Shown here: one piece after another, positions 24,939 to 32,524 of the stretch
Numbering within the stretch: the stretch's first letter is position 1
How the letters are laid out: every line of letters starts with the position of its first letter
Assembly (NCBI GenBank): GCA_041691275.1
Contig: JBEPUZ010000003.1
Coordinates: forward strand, 8,499 to 72,498
Reading direction: 5' to 3'
Source of the DNA: Actinomycetota bacterium
GTDB lineage: Bacteria; Actinomycetota; Acidimicrobiia; IMCC26256; PALSA-610
Length of the DNA stretch: 64,000 nt
Made by a program: the position numbers and the translations under genes
Notes under the pieces: model-generated
Database searches by the model: none
What the model saw: only the letters and a program-made list of their open reading frames with translations
What the model was told of the DNA's origin: nothing

Positions 24939-25040
24939 ATGGGCTCACTGATCAAAAAGCGCCGCAAGCGCATGCGCAAGAAGAAGCACAAGAAGCTGCT
25001 GAAGAAGACCCGCTGGCAGCGTCGTCAGCAGGGTAAGTAA
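24939..25040 (+). CDS. 30S ribosomal protein bS22 (33-aa actinobacterial micro-protein)
   Basis: MGSLIKKRRKRMRKKKHKKLLKKTRWQRRQQGK closely resembles the mycobacterial bS22 sequence pattern MGSVIKKRRKRM.KKKHRKLLR.TR.QRR. The ATG at 24939 is in frame within track ORF 24840..25040. Confidence 0.8.
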   Translation: MGSLIKKRRKRMRKKKHKKLLKKTRWQRRQQGK

Positions 25041-25073
25041 GCAGCGGCCGCCCTGTGGGGCGGCCGTTTCGCG

Positions 25074-25847
25074 TCACGACCGGGTTTGCACGCCCACAGC
25101 CACGGTCGACGCGAGCCAGACCGAACCGGCGACGGCTGCCTGCACCCGGGCACGCGCGGCGTCGGCCTCGGCCCGGTCTTCGAACACCACCGCGTACGAC
25201 GATCCGCTCCCGGCCAGCACCGCGGGTGCGCCGGCCGCGGACTCGACCGCGCCCCGGAACCGGGCCAGACGCGGCTCCACGTCCTCGGCCGCGGCTTCGA
25301 GGTCGTTGACCTCGGCGTGCGGTCCGCCGAGCGCGTCCCACGCCCGGTACACGGCCGCGGTCGAGCATCCGAACTCCGGCGTCGCGACCACAACCGAGAG
25401 CGACGGCACCGCGCCGGCGCGCAGCTCGTCGCCGATACCCCCCACGTGCGCGAACCCTCCCTGCAGACAGAAGGGCACGTCGGCGCCGAGCGTCGCCGCG
25501 AGGGTGGGGTCGCCTTCGAGCGCGCTCAGCACCGCAGCGGCGTCGGCGGATCCGCCCCCGAGCCCGGCGCCGTTCGGAATGCCCTTGTGCAGCGCGATGT
25601 GCACCGTCGCGGCGCACGCGTCGGCGGCGCGCCAGGCCAGATTCGTGGCGTCGGCCGGGACGCCGGCCGCGAACGGACCGTCGATCGTCATCGACGTGCG
25701 CGCCGCGGGCGTGATCACCAGCGAGTCGTAGGGCTCGTCGATCGAGACCATCGTCGCGTCGAGCTCGTGGTAGCCGTCGGGACGCGTCGCGGTGATGTGC
25801 AACGACAACGTGAGCTTGGCGAACGCGCGGACGCGCACCTCATGCAT
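25074..25847 (-). CDS. ispE: 4-diphosphocytidyl-2-C-methyl-D-erythritol kinase
   Basis: Start at ATG 25847 (MHEVRVRAFAKLTLSLHI...). GHMP kinase motif KGIPNGAGLGGGSADAAA. Confidence 0.9.
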   Translation of the reverse strand: MHEVRVRAFAKLTLSLHITATRPDGYHELDATMVSIDEPYDSLVITPAARTSMTIDGPFAAGVPADATNLAWRAADACAATVHIALHKGIPNGAGLGGGSADAAAVLSALEGDPTLAATLGADVPFCLQGGFAHVGGIGDELRAGAVPSLSVVVATPEFGCSTAAVYRAWDALGGPHAEVNDLEAAAEDVEPRLARFRGAVESAAGAPAVLAGSGSSYAVVFEDRAEADAARARVQAAVAGSVWLASTVAVGVQTRS

Positions 25848-26643
25848 CGGCGAGCCGCGCCCATTCGGCGAGCGAGAGGGTCTCCGCCCGCGCCTGCGGA
25901 TCGACGTGCGTACTCGCGAACTGGGCGGCGTCGATCCGGCCCTCGAGGGTGTTGCGCAGCGTCTTGCGCCGCGTTGCGAAGCCCGCGCGCACGAGCTCGA
26001 ACATGCGACCGAGATCGCGCACCTCGACCGGCGGCGCGTCGTGCCGCACGAGACGCACCAGGGCGCTCTCGACCTTCGGCTTGGGGATGAAGACGTTCGG
26101 CGACACCGTGCCCACCACCTTGGCGGTCGCGTAGTAGGCGACCTTGACCGACACCGCACCGTACGCGTCGTCACCGACGCCGGCCGCGAGCCGTTCGCCC
26201 ACCTCGCGCTGCACCATCACGAGCATGCGCGTGATCATCGGGGCCGAGTCGAGGGCGCGCATCACCACCGGTGTGGCCACGTTGTACGGCAGGTTGGCGA
26301 CCATCACCCAGGGCGCCCCGTCGCCGAGTCTCGTGTTCCAGTCGACGCGCAACGCGTCGTCGTTGACCACCTCGACGTCGAGCCCGGCCACGACCTCCTC
26401 GAGCGGAGGGACGAGATGGCGGTCGAGCTCGATGGCGCACACGTGCACACCCGCGTCGGCGAGCACCGTCGTGAGCGAACCGATACCGGGACCGACCTCG
26501 ACCACGCGGTCGTCGGGTTGCAGCTCCGCGAGCCGAACGATCCGGCGCGCGGTGTTGGGATCGGCGAGGAAGTTCTGTCCGAGCGCCTTCGACGGCCGCA
26601 CACCGTGACGCGTGAGGAGATCGTTGATCGCGCTCGGCGTCAC
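25840..26643 (-). CDS. rsmA: 16S rRNA (adenine1518/1519-N6)-dimethyltransferase
   Basis: Start at GTG 26643 overlapping the tatD stop (GTGA). Motifs LGQNFL, VVEVGPGIGSLT and NLPYNVATP. Confidence 0.9.
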   Translation of the reverse strand: MTPSAINDLLTRHGVRPSKALGQNFLADPNTARRIVRLAELQPDDRVVEVGPGIGSLTTVLADAGVHVCAIELDRHLVPPLEEVVAGLDVEVVNDDALRVDWNTRLGDGAPWVMVANLPYNVATPVVMRALDSAPMITRMLVMVQREVGERLAAGVGDDAYGAVSVKVAYYATAKVVGTVSPNVFIPKPKVESALVRLVRHDAPPVEVRDLGRMFELVRAGFATRRKTLRNTLEGRIDAAQFASTHVDPQARAETLSLAEWARLADA

Positions 26644-27401
26644 CGCTCGACGCCGAAGACTCGCATCGCGTTCGCGCGCGTGAGCGCGGCGATCTCGTCG
26701 GGTTCCACACCTCGGGCCCGCGCTAGCGCTGCGCCGACCGCTAGGACGAGCGCGGGTTCGTTGGGCCTGCCCCGGAACGGTTCGGGCGTGAGGAACGGCG
26801 CGTCGGTCTCGACGAGGATGCGATCGGAAGGAGCGACGCGCGCCGCGTCGCGGAGGTCTTCCGCATTCTTGAACGAGACAATGCCGCTGAACGACAGGTA
26901 GCACCCGCGTTCCAACGCGCGGCGGGCCTCGTCGGGGCCGCCGGTGAAGCAGTGGAAGATCGTACGGTCGGGCACACCTTCGTCGTCGAGCACGCGGAAC
27001 GTGTCGTCCCAGGCGTCGCGGGAGTGGATGACGAGCGGCTTGCCGATGCGGTTCGCCAGCCGCACCTGGAACCGGAAGGCGGTCTCCTGCTCGTCGCGCG
27101 GCGAGTGCTCGTAGAAGAGGTCGAAGCCGCACTCCCCGATCGCGATGCACCCGTCCGAGACCGCGAGCGGTTCGAGGAGATTCCACTCGATGCCGAGCTT
27201 CGACGCGTCGTGCGGATGCAGTCCGACCGCGGCGTATACGTCGGGATCGCCGGCGGCGAGCGTCATCGCGGCTTGCGACGTCTCCAGATCGGTGCCGACG
27301 CAGACCATCCACTCGACGCCCGCGGCGCGCGCCCGCGCCGCCGACGCTTCGCCACCCTCGAGTTGGAGATGGCAGTGGGAGTCGACCCAGCGCGCGCTCA
27401 C
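26640..27401 (-). CDS. tatD: TatD family metal-dependent hydrolase/DNase
   Basis: Start at GTG 27401 overlapping the metG stop (GTGA). Motifs VDSHCHL, GECGFD, VIHSRDA and ETDAPFL. Confidence 0.9.
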   Translation of the reverse strand: MSARWVDSHCHLQLEGGEASAARARAAGVEWMVCVGTDLETSQAAMTLAAGDPDVYAAVGLHPHDASKLGIEWNLLEPLAVSDGCIAIGECGFDLFYEHSPRDEQETAFRFQVRLANRIGKPLVIHSRDAWDDTFRVLDDEGVPDRTIFHCFTGGPDEARRALERGCYLSFSGIVSFKNAEDLRDAARVAPSDRILVETDAPFLTPEPFRGRPNEPALVLAVGAALARARGVEPDEIAALTRANAMRVFGVER

Positions 27402-28912
27402 GCGTCTTTTCGGGGGAACAGGGGCTCGCCCTTTTCGAGGGTTGCGCCCGTGGGGAGCAGTCCCCACGCGGCGGCGTCGGGCAGCCGTTGGTCCTCGGGC
27501 CGGCCGCTCAGGCCGAGCCGGCGCCAGAGCTCCGCGGCCGCGTTCGGGATCACGGGCGAGGCGAGCAGCGCGATGATCCGCAGCGACTCGAGACAGTCGC
27601 CCAGGACCTTGGCGACCGCCTCCGTGTCGCCCTGTTTGTTGAGCGCCCAGGGCGCGGAGTCCTCGATGTACCCGTTGGTCGCCCGGATGAGGTCCCACAC
27701 CGCGCCCAGGCCGCTCGCGAAATCGAGACGGGTGAGCGCTTCCGCCATCGCCGCGAACGTCGTCGCGGCAGCGTCGCGCAGCGGACCGTCGGCGCGCGCG
27801 TCGGGGACCACACCGTCGCAATAGTTCATCGCCATGTTCAACACGCGGTTCGCGAGGTTGCCGAAGTTGTTGGCCAGGTCGGAGTTGTAACGCTGGACCA
27901 TCTGCTCGTAGGAGAAATCGCCGTCGGGCCCGAAGCGCTGGTCGGCCATGAAGTGGTAACGGAACCCGTCGACACCGAAGTCGGCGACGAGATCGGCCGG
28001 TGCGATCTGGTTCAGGCCGGTCTTGCTCATCTTCTCGCCACCGACGAGCAACCAGCCGTGGGCGAACACGCACCGCGGCAGCTCGAGGCCGGCCGCCATG
28101 AGCATCGCGGGCCAATACACCGCGTGGAACCGGAGGATGTCCTTGCCGACGAGGTGGTAGTCGGCGGGCCACCACTTCGCGAAGCGTTCGTCGTCACTCG
28201 CGTAGCCGACCGCGGTGCAGTAGTTGAACAGCGCGTCGACCCACACGTACGCGACGTGCGCGGGGTCCCACGGGAGCGGGACGCCCCAGTCGATCGACGT
28301 GCGGCTCATCGAGAAGTCGTTGAGGCCGCCGCGAATGAACCCGAGCACCTCGTTCAGACGTGACTCGGGTTGCACCGCTTCCGGATGCTCGGCGTAGTAC
28401 GCAAGGAGGCGGTCGGTGTAGCGCGAGAGCTTGAAGAAGTAGTTCTGCTCCACGACGTGCTCGATCACGGTGCCGTGAATCGGGCACTTCCCGTCAACGA
28501 GCTCGTCCTCGGAGTAGTACGCCTCGCACGAGACGCAATAGAGCCCCTCGTACGTTGACAGCTCGATGTCGCCTGCGTCGTAGATCTTCTGCAGGAAGTC
28601 CTGCACCGCCGTGTAGTGGCGCGGCTCGGTCGTGCGGACGAAGTCGTCGTAGGCGATGTCGAGGGCGTCCCACGCGTCGCGGAAGTGACCGGCGACCTCG
28701 TCGACGAGCTCCTTCGGCGTCACGCCCTTCGCTTCGGCCGCCCGTTGGATCTTGAGGCCGTGCTCGTCGGTGCCGGTCAGGTAGAAGACCTCGTCGCCGA
28801 AGAGGCGGCGCCAGCGGGTCAGGACGTCGCCCGCGACGGTCGTGTACGCGTGCCCGATGTGCGGCACGTCGTTGACGTAATAGATCGGGGTCGTCACGTA
28901 GAAGCGGGTCAT
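27398..28912 (-). CDS. metG: methionyl-tRNA synthetase
   Basis: Class I motifs HIGHAYT and KMSKT. Start at ATG 28912 (MTRFYVTTPIYY) preferred, with an alternative ATG at 28924. Confidence 0.95.
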   Translation of the reverse strand: MTRFYVTTPIYYVNDVPHIGHAYTTVAGDVLTRWRRLFGDEVFYLTGTDEHGLKIQRAAEAKGVTPKELVDEVAGHFRDAWDALDIAYDDFVRTTEPRHYTAVQDFLQKIYDAGDIELSTYEGLYCVSCEAYYSEDELVDGKCPIHGTVIEHVVEQNYFFKLSRYTDRLLAYYAEHPEAVQPESRLNEVLGFIRGGLNDFSMSRTSIDWGVPLPWDPAHVAYVWVDALFNYCTAVGYASDDERFAKWWPADYHLVGKDILRFHAVYWPAMLMAAGLELPRCVFAHGWLLVGGEKMSKTGLNQIAPADLVADFGVDGFRYHFMADQRFGPDGDFSYEQMVQRYNSDLANNFGNLANRVLNMAMNYCDGVVPDARADGPLRDAAATTFAAMAEALTRLDFASGLGAVWDLIRATNGYIEDSAPWALNKQGDTEAVAKVLGDCLESLRIIALLASPVIPNAAAELWRRLGLSGRPEDQRLPDAAAWGLLPTGATLEKGEPLFPRKDA

Positions 28913-28949
28913 GGAGACTCTCATTGTGCCCGACCCTGTCCGGGAGCCG

Positions 28950-29001
28950 GTCGGGTTTCCCAGTCGGCTTTCCCGGTCGGCGTTCCCGGTCGGCGTCGGG
29001 T
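28950..29001. repeat. 13-nt tandem repeat, about 4 copies (GTCGGSKTTCCCR)
   Basis: gtcgggtttccca / gtcggctttcccg / gtcggcgttcccg / gtcggcgtcgggt, read directly in the DUF192-metG intergenic region. The period is not a multiple of 3. Confidence 0.7.
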
Positions 29002-29330
29002 CAGCCCTTCAGCTCGACCACGTCGCCGGGTTGCAACTTCCAGCGCTCGAAGCTGCCGGATCGGGCCTCGATCACGAACGCGGAACGCCAGACGACGCGC
29101 GACACGCGCCCCGGCGCCATGCACGCGAGGTGCAAGACAGTGCCGGCGCCGTCGCAGAACGCGACGTCGATCGGGAAACGCATGCGAAACGTGTGGACCT
29201 GCCGGCAGGGCCGGATCACGAACGCGCCCTCGATGTCGTCGCGGCCGACGAGACCGCGCGTGCGCTGCCGGCGGGAACCTGCCACCTCGGCGGCGGCCAG
29301 CACGTCGTCGTCGCGAACGAGCCAGGTCAT
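29001..29330 (-). CDS. DUF192 domain protein
   Basis: 109 aa. ...RTRGLVGRDDIEGAFVIRPCRQVHTFRMRFPIDVAFCD...FVIEARSGSFERW.L.PGD matches the DUF192 pattern. Confidence 0.8.
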   Translation of the reverse strand: MTWLVRDDDVLAAAEVAGSRRQRTRGLVGRDDIEGAFVIRPCRQVHTFRMRFPIDVAFCDGAGTVLHLACMAPGRVSRVVWRSAFVIEARSGSFERWKLQPGDVVELKG

Positions 29331-29339
29331 GAACGATTC

Positions 29340-30365
29340 CTACACGTTGAACCGGATCTCCATGACGTCACCGTCTCGGACCTCGTAATCCTTGCCCTCG
29401 ACCCGGAGTTTCTTCAGCTCTCGCGCCTTGGCCCAGGTGCCGACCTCGAGCAGCTCGCGCCAGTCGATGACCTCGGCCCGGATGAAGCCCCGCTGCAGAT
29501 CGCTGTGGATCACGCCCGCGCACTCGGGCGCCTTGGCCCCGGCCCGGAACGTCCACGCCCGGGACTCGTCCTCGCCCGTCGTGAAGAACGTTCGCCGCCC
29601 GAGCATTCGGTACGCCGCCTGCGCGACCGAGTCGAGCGCGGAGGGACCCAGCCCGTAGGAGTCGCGCATCTCGGCCCGGTCTTCGGGGGCGCACGCTGCG
29701 ATCTCGGCTTCGATGTCGATCGGCACCGGGAGCACGTCGTCTTCGGCGGGGAGCGGCGCTTCGCTCGCGCTCTCCTCGCCGGTATTGGCGACGATCAGCA
29801 CCGGCTTGGTGGTGATGAGGAAGACGGGCGCGAGCCGGGCAAGATCCTCGGGCGAGAACCCGCCCCGCCGGATCGGCGTGCCGTCGGACAAGAGCGCGTT
29901 CGCCCGCTCCAGCGCCTCGACCTCGGCCAGGATTTCCTTGTCGCCGCTCTTGGCGGCCCGGCGCTGACGCGTGATGCGCTGCTCGACGCTCGCGAGATCG
30001 GCGAGCACCAGCTCGAGCTCGAGCGCGGCGAGATCACCCTCTGGATCGGGCTCGACCCCGCCGTCGGCAAAGGCGCGCAGCACGATCAGGACCGCGTCGC
30101 AGTTGCGCAGGCTGCCGAGGAACTTGGCGCCGAGACCCTCGCCGGGCTTCGACCCGGGCGGCAACGCGAGGTGCACGAGCTCGAACCCGGCCGCGACCGT
30201 CTTCTTCGAATTCGCGGCCTCGGTCAGGGCCAAAAGCCGCTCGTCCGGGAGGCTCGCGACGCCGACCGCGGCTTCGTACTCGCTGGGCACAGGCAGGCTG
30301 GTCAGCGCGCTGAACAGGCGGTTCGCGCCTGCACCCGTGAATCCCATGAGCCCGAGGTTCTCCAT
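29340..30365 (-). CDS. YchF/OLA1-like protein with degenerate nucleotide-binding motifs
   Basis: The C-terminal TGS/DUF933 region is well conserved (VIHSDLQRGFIRAEVI...EGKDYEVRDGDVMEIRFNV). The canonical G1 GLPNVGKST is GFTGAGANR here, and the G3 DxxG region reads HLAL. Confidence 0.85.
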   Translation of the reverse strand: MENLGLMGFTGAGANRLFSALTSLPVPSEYEAAVGVASLPDERLLALTEAANSKKTVAAGFELVHLALPPGSKPGEGLGAKFLGSLRNCDAVLIVLRAFADGGVEPDPEGDLAALELELVLADLASVEQRITRQRRAAKSGDKEILAEVEALERANALLSDGTPIRRGGFSPEDLARLAPVFLITTKPVLIVANTGEESASEAPLPAEDDVLPVPIDIEAEIAACAPEDRAEMRDSYGLGPSALDSVAQAAYRMLGRRTFFTTGEDESRAWTFRAGAKAPECAGVIHSDLQRGFIRAEVIDWRELLEVGTWAKARELKKLRVEGKDYEVRDGDVMEIRFNV

Positions 30366-30404
30366 CGGGGCGCAGGCTACCGATCAAGTAGCCTCCGTCC
30401 CCCT

Positions 30405-30488
30405 ATGAGCAAGAAGACGAAGAAGCGCAAGCTCAAAGCCCGTCGTAACAAGGCAAATCACGGCAAGCGGCCGCGCGCCGGTCGTTAG
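30405..30488 (+). CDS. 50S ribosomal protein bL37 (27-aa actinobacterial micro-protein)
   Basis: MSKKTKKRKLKARRNKANHGKRPRAGR carries the KANHGKRP signature of mycobacterial bL37. The ATG at 30405 is in frame at the end of track ORF 28911..30488. Confidence 0.7.
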   Translation: MSKKTKKRKLKARRNKANHGKRPRAGR

Positions 30489-30545
30489 GACCCGCACGCC
30501 CGGCCCGCCCGCGCGCGGCGCTACCAACGTGGATGGACAACAGCT

Positions 30546-31034
30546 CTAGCGGGCGCTCTCGCTGATCCAGCGGGCACCCTTTTCGAGGGCCGGCGCGGGG
30601 ACGTCTCCGAGGACTCCCACGAAGAGCTCGGCGACCGTCGTGCCCGCGAGCTCGGCTCGCCAGGCGGCATCGGCATCGATGAAGACCCGGTGGATCCCGC
30701 AGACAGGCGTGTAATCGCGCGCCGGCATCGCGATCGGGCCGCGGCGGCGGATCTCGCTGCAGCGAAACGCAGGCTCGGCGCCGTCGATCGCCTCGACCAC
30801 CTCGAGCACGCTGATCTCCGCGGCAGGACGAGCCAGGCGGTAGCCGCCGCGCGCACCCTTCACGGTGGCGAGCACACCCGCGGCGGCGAGGGCCTGGAGA
30901 TGCTTGGCCAGGTACGCGGCGGGAACACCGTGGTACTCGGCAAGCTTCGCCGCGGGCAGCGCGGCGTCGCTCGGCAGCGACGCGAGCACCACACACACGT
31001 GCACGCCCCACTCCACGCCGTCCGACAATCGCAT
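30546..31034 (-). CDS. Rrf2 family transcriptional regulator
   Basis: 162 aa. N-terminal wHTH MRLSDGVEWGVHVCVVLA...LAEYHGVPAAYLAKHLQALAAAGVLATVKGARGGYRLARP. Cys residues at ...FRCSEIRRRG...TPVCGIH. Confidence 0.9.
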   Translation of the reverse strand: MRLSDGVEWGVHVCVVLASLPSDAALPAAKLAEYHGVPAAYLAKHLQALAAAGVLATVKGARGGYRLARPAAEISVLEVVEAIDGAEPAFRCSEIRRRGPIAMPARDYTPVCGIHRVFIDADAAWRAELAGTTVAELFVGVLGDVPAPALEKGARWISESAR

Positions 31035-31038
31035 AACC

Positions 31039-31055
31039 CGGATACTATCTATCCG
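31039..31055. promoter_or_regulatory. inverted repeat CGGATA-N5-TATCCG in an AT-richer patch of the Rrf2 / TnpB-like divergent intergenic region
   Basis: Read directly (cggatactatctatccg). It lies 5-21 nt upstream of the Rrf2 ATG. Candidate operator and/or -10 region. Confidence 0.3.
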
Positions 31056-31102
31056 AGAACTTGGAGCATATCCCGGACGGTGGGTGCGCGCTCGTCAGTA
31101 CC

Positions 31103-31603
31103 ATGCCCGACGTCATGGCCACCATCGACGAAGCCGAGCTCCTCCCCGACGCCGACCAGCACAAGTTGCTGGTCGCCACGTTGGAGCGCGTCAATCGCAC
31201 GAGCAACGCAGCCCGGGCCGCGGCGCTCCAGAGCAACGCCTTCGACGGACCGGCGCTGCGCGACATCGTGAAGGCCGAGGTCGAAAAGGCCAAGCTGCCC
31301 GAGTTGCTCGTACGACCCGTCGCCGACCGGGTCGAGGAGTCGCTGCGCCGGCGCGCGGGCAAGCAGCAGAAGTTCTCGCAGTATCAGGGCCTGGCGATGC
31401 CCGCCTCCGCGTTCAAGTGGGGCGGGTCCAACCGAGTGACGATGCTCACGGCTTCGGGGCGACGCACGATCTCGGTGCGCGTCGACCGCAGTCGGGGCGA
31501 TCTGCGTCCGCCGCTCGCGGGCCGGCCCGCCGCGCTCGTGTTCCGCAACGGCGAGTTCGAGCTCTGGGCCACCGACGTGGAACGCAAGTCGGAAGACGAC
31601 TAG
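31103..31603 (+). CDS. TnpB-like (IS200/IS605-IS1341 OrfB family) N-terminal domain-only protein, with no RuvC or Zn-finger part
   Basis: ATIDEAELLPDADQHKLLVATLERVNRTSN ... KFSQYQGLAMPASAFKWGGSNRVTMLTASGRRTISVRVD...GRPAALVFRNGEFELWATDV follows the motif order I recall for the N-terminus of actinobacterial and cyanobacterial TnpB proteins. It stops just where GVDLGI (RuvC-I) normally begins. Native-looking codon usage. The track start at 31061 is a TTG. ATG 31103 or 31115 is more plausible. Confidence 0.45.
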   Translation: MPDVMATIDEAELLPDADQHKLLVATLERVNRTSNAARAAALQSNAFDGPALRDIVKAEVEKAKLPELLVRPVADRVEESLRRRAGKQQKFSQYQGLAMPASAFKWGGSNRVTMLTASGRRTISVRVDRSRGDLRPPLAGRPAALVFRNGEFELWATDVERKSEDD

Positions 31604-31627
31604 TCGCCCGAGCGGTTTCAGGCGGCG

Positions 31628-32515
31628 TCAGGTCCGGAGGTCGGCCGGGCCGCGCACGTGCATAGGCAAGTTGCCCGCCGGTTCGACCAGCAGCGACTGC
31701 ACACCCCGGCCGATGACGCCGGCTTCGTCATGCAGCCGCGTCTCGGCCATGCCGATTCCGTTCGGCTGCGCCCACGCGCCCGACTCGAGGCACACCCACT
31801 CGCCCGCGGGATGGCGGTGCACGTGCACCGTGAGCTCGGGGTTGATCGCGTTCGCGTTCGTCAACCGCACCGGGCTCGACACGCCGCTGCCGAAGTCGGC
31901 GGCGGCGGCGACGCGCGCGATCGGCGATACGGGTTCGCCCGCGAACACCGGGCAGCGCAGGCGGAACCACGCGATGCCCGGCCCGGGCTCGAACCAGGTG
32001 CCCACCACGAGACGGACGTCGTGCACGTTCCAGAAGCCGATCGCACCTTCGCCAAACGGGAACCTCTGACTGTCAGCCGCGTCGTATCGCGGCGGCGCGT
32101 CGACCGGCGGATGCACCGAGCCGGTGACGTCGACCGATTCGGCGCGGATCCGCAGCGCGATCGCGCGCGCGACCTCTTGCTCGCGCTCGTCGAGCAGCAT
32201 CGCTTCGATCCACTGCACCTTGCGCCCGGGCCGGATGGTGCGCACCCGTAGCTCGAGCGGTGCGAGTGGCACCGGGCGCAAGAGCTCCACGGTCAGACGG
32301 GCGAGAAAGCCGGCCGGGCCCGGGTCGTGCGCTTCGCACACCGTCGCGAACAATGCACTCGGCGCGCCCCCGTGCAATGCCTTCGGGCTCCACGGTCCGC
32401 GGGCCAACGGCGTCGGGACGACGCGCGAGCCGTCGCGCTCGAACATCGCGCCGTACTTCGCGATCGGATCCGCGCTCGGATCCGCGCTCGGATCCGCGCG
32501 GGGCTCGTCGGGCAC
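31628..32515 (-). CDS. acyl-CoA thioesterase (double hot-dog, TesB-like family)
   Basis: 295 aa, GTG start. ...PWSPKALHGGAPSALF...RPGRKVQWIEA... and a second hot-dog half ...INPELTVHVHRHPAGEWVCL... Confidence 0.8.
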   Translation of the reverse strand: MPDEPRADPSADPSADPIAKYGAMFERDGSRVVPTPLARGPWSPKALHGGAPSALFATVCEAHDPGPAGFLARLTVELLRPVPLAPLELRVRTIRPGRKVQWIEAMLLDEREQEVARAIALRIRAESVDVTGSVHPPVDAPPRYDAADSQRFPFGEGAIGFWNVHDVRLVVGTWFEPGPGIAWFRLRCPVFAGEPVSPIARVAAAADFGSGVSSPVRLTNANAINPELTVHVHRHPAGEWVCLESGAWAQPNGIGMAETRLHDEAGVIGRGVQSLLVEPAGNLPMHVRGPADLRT

Positions 32516-32524
32516 CGGAGCAAG

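Noticed and set aside
28934-28945. The 12-mer CCCTGTCCGGGA is shared between the metG leader (28934-28945) and the region upstream of the acyl-CoA ligase gene (59885-59896)
   Set aside because: There are only two copies at different distances from their start codons. A chance match in GC-rich DNA cannot be excluded without a genome-wide count.
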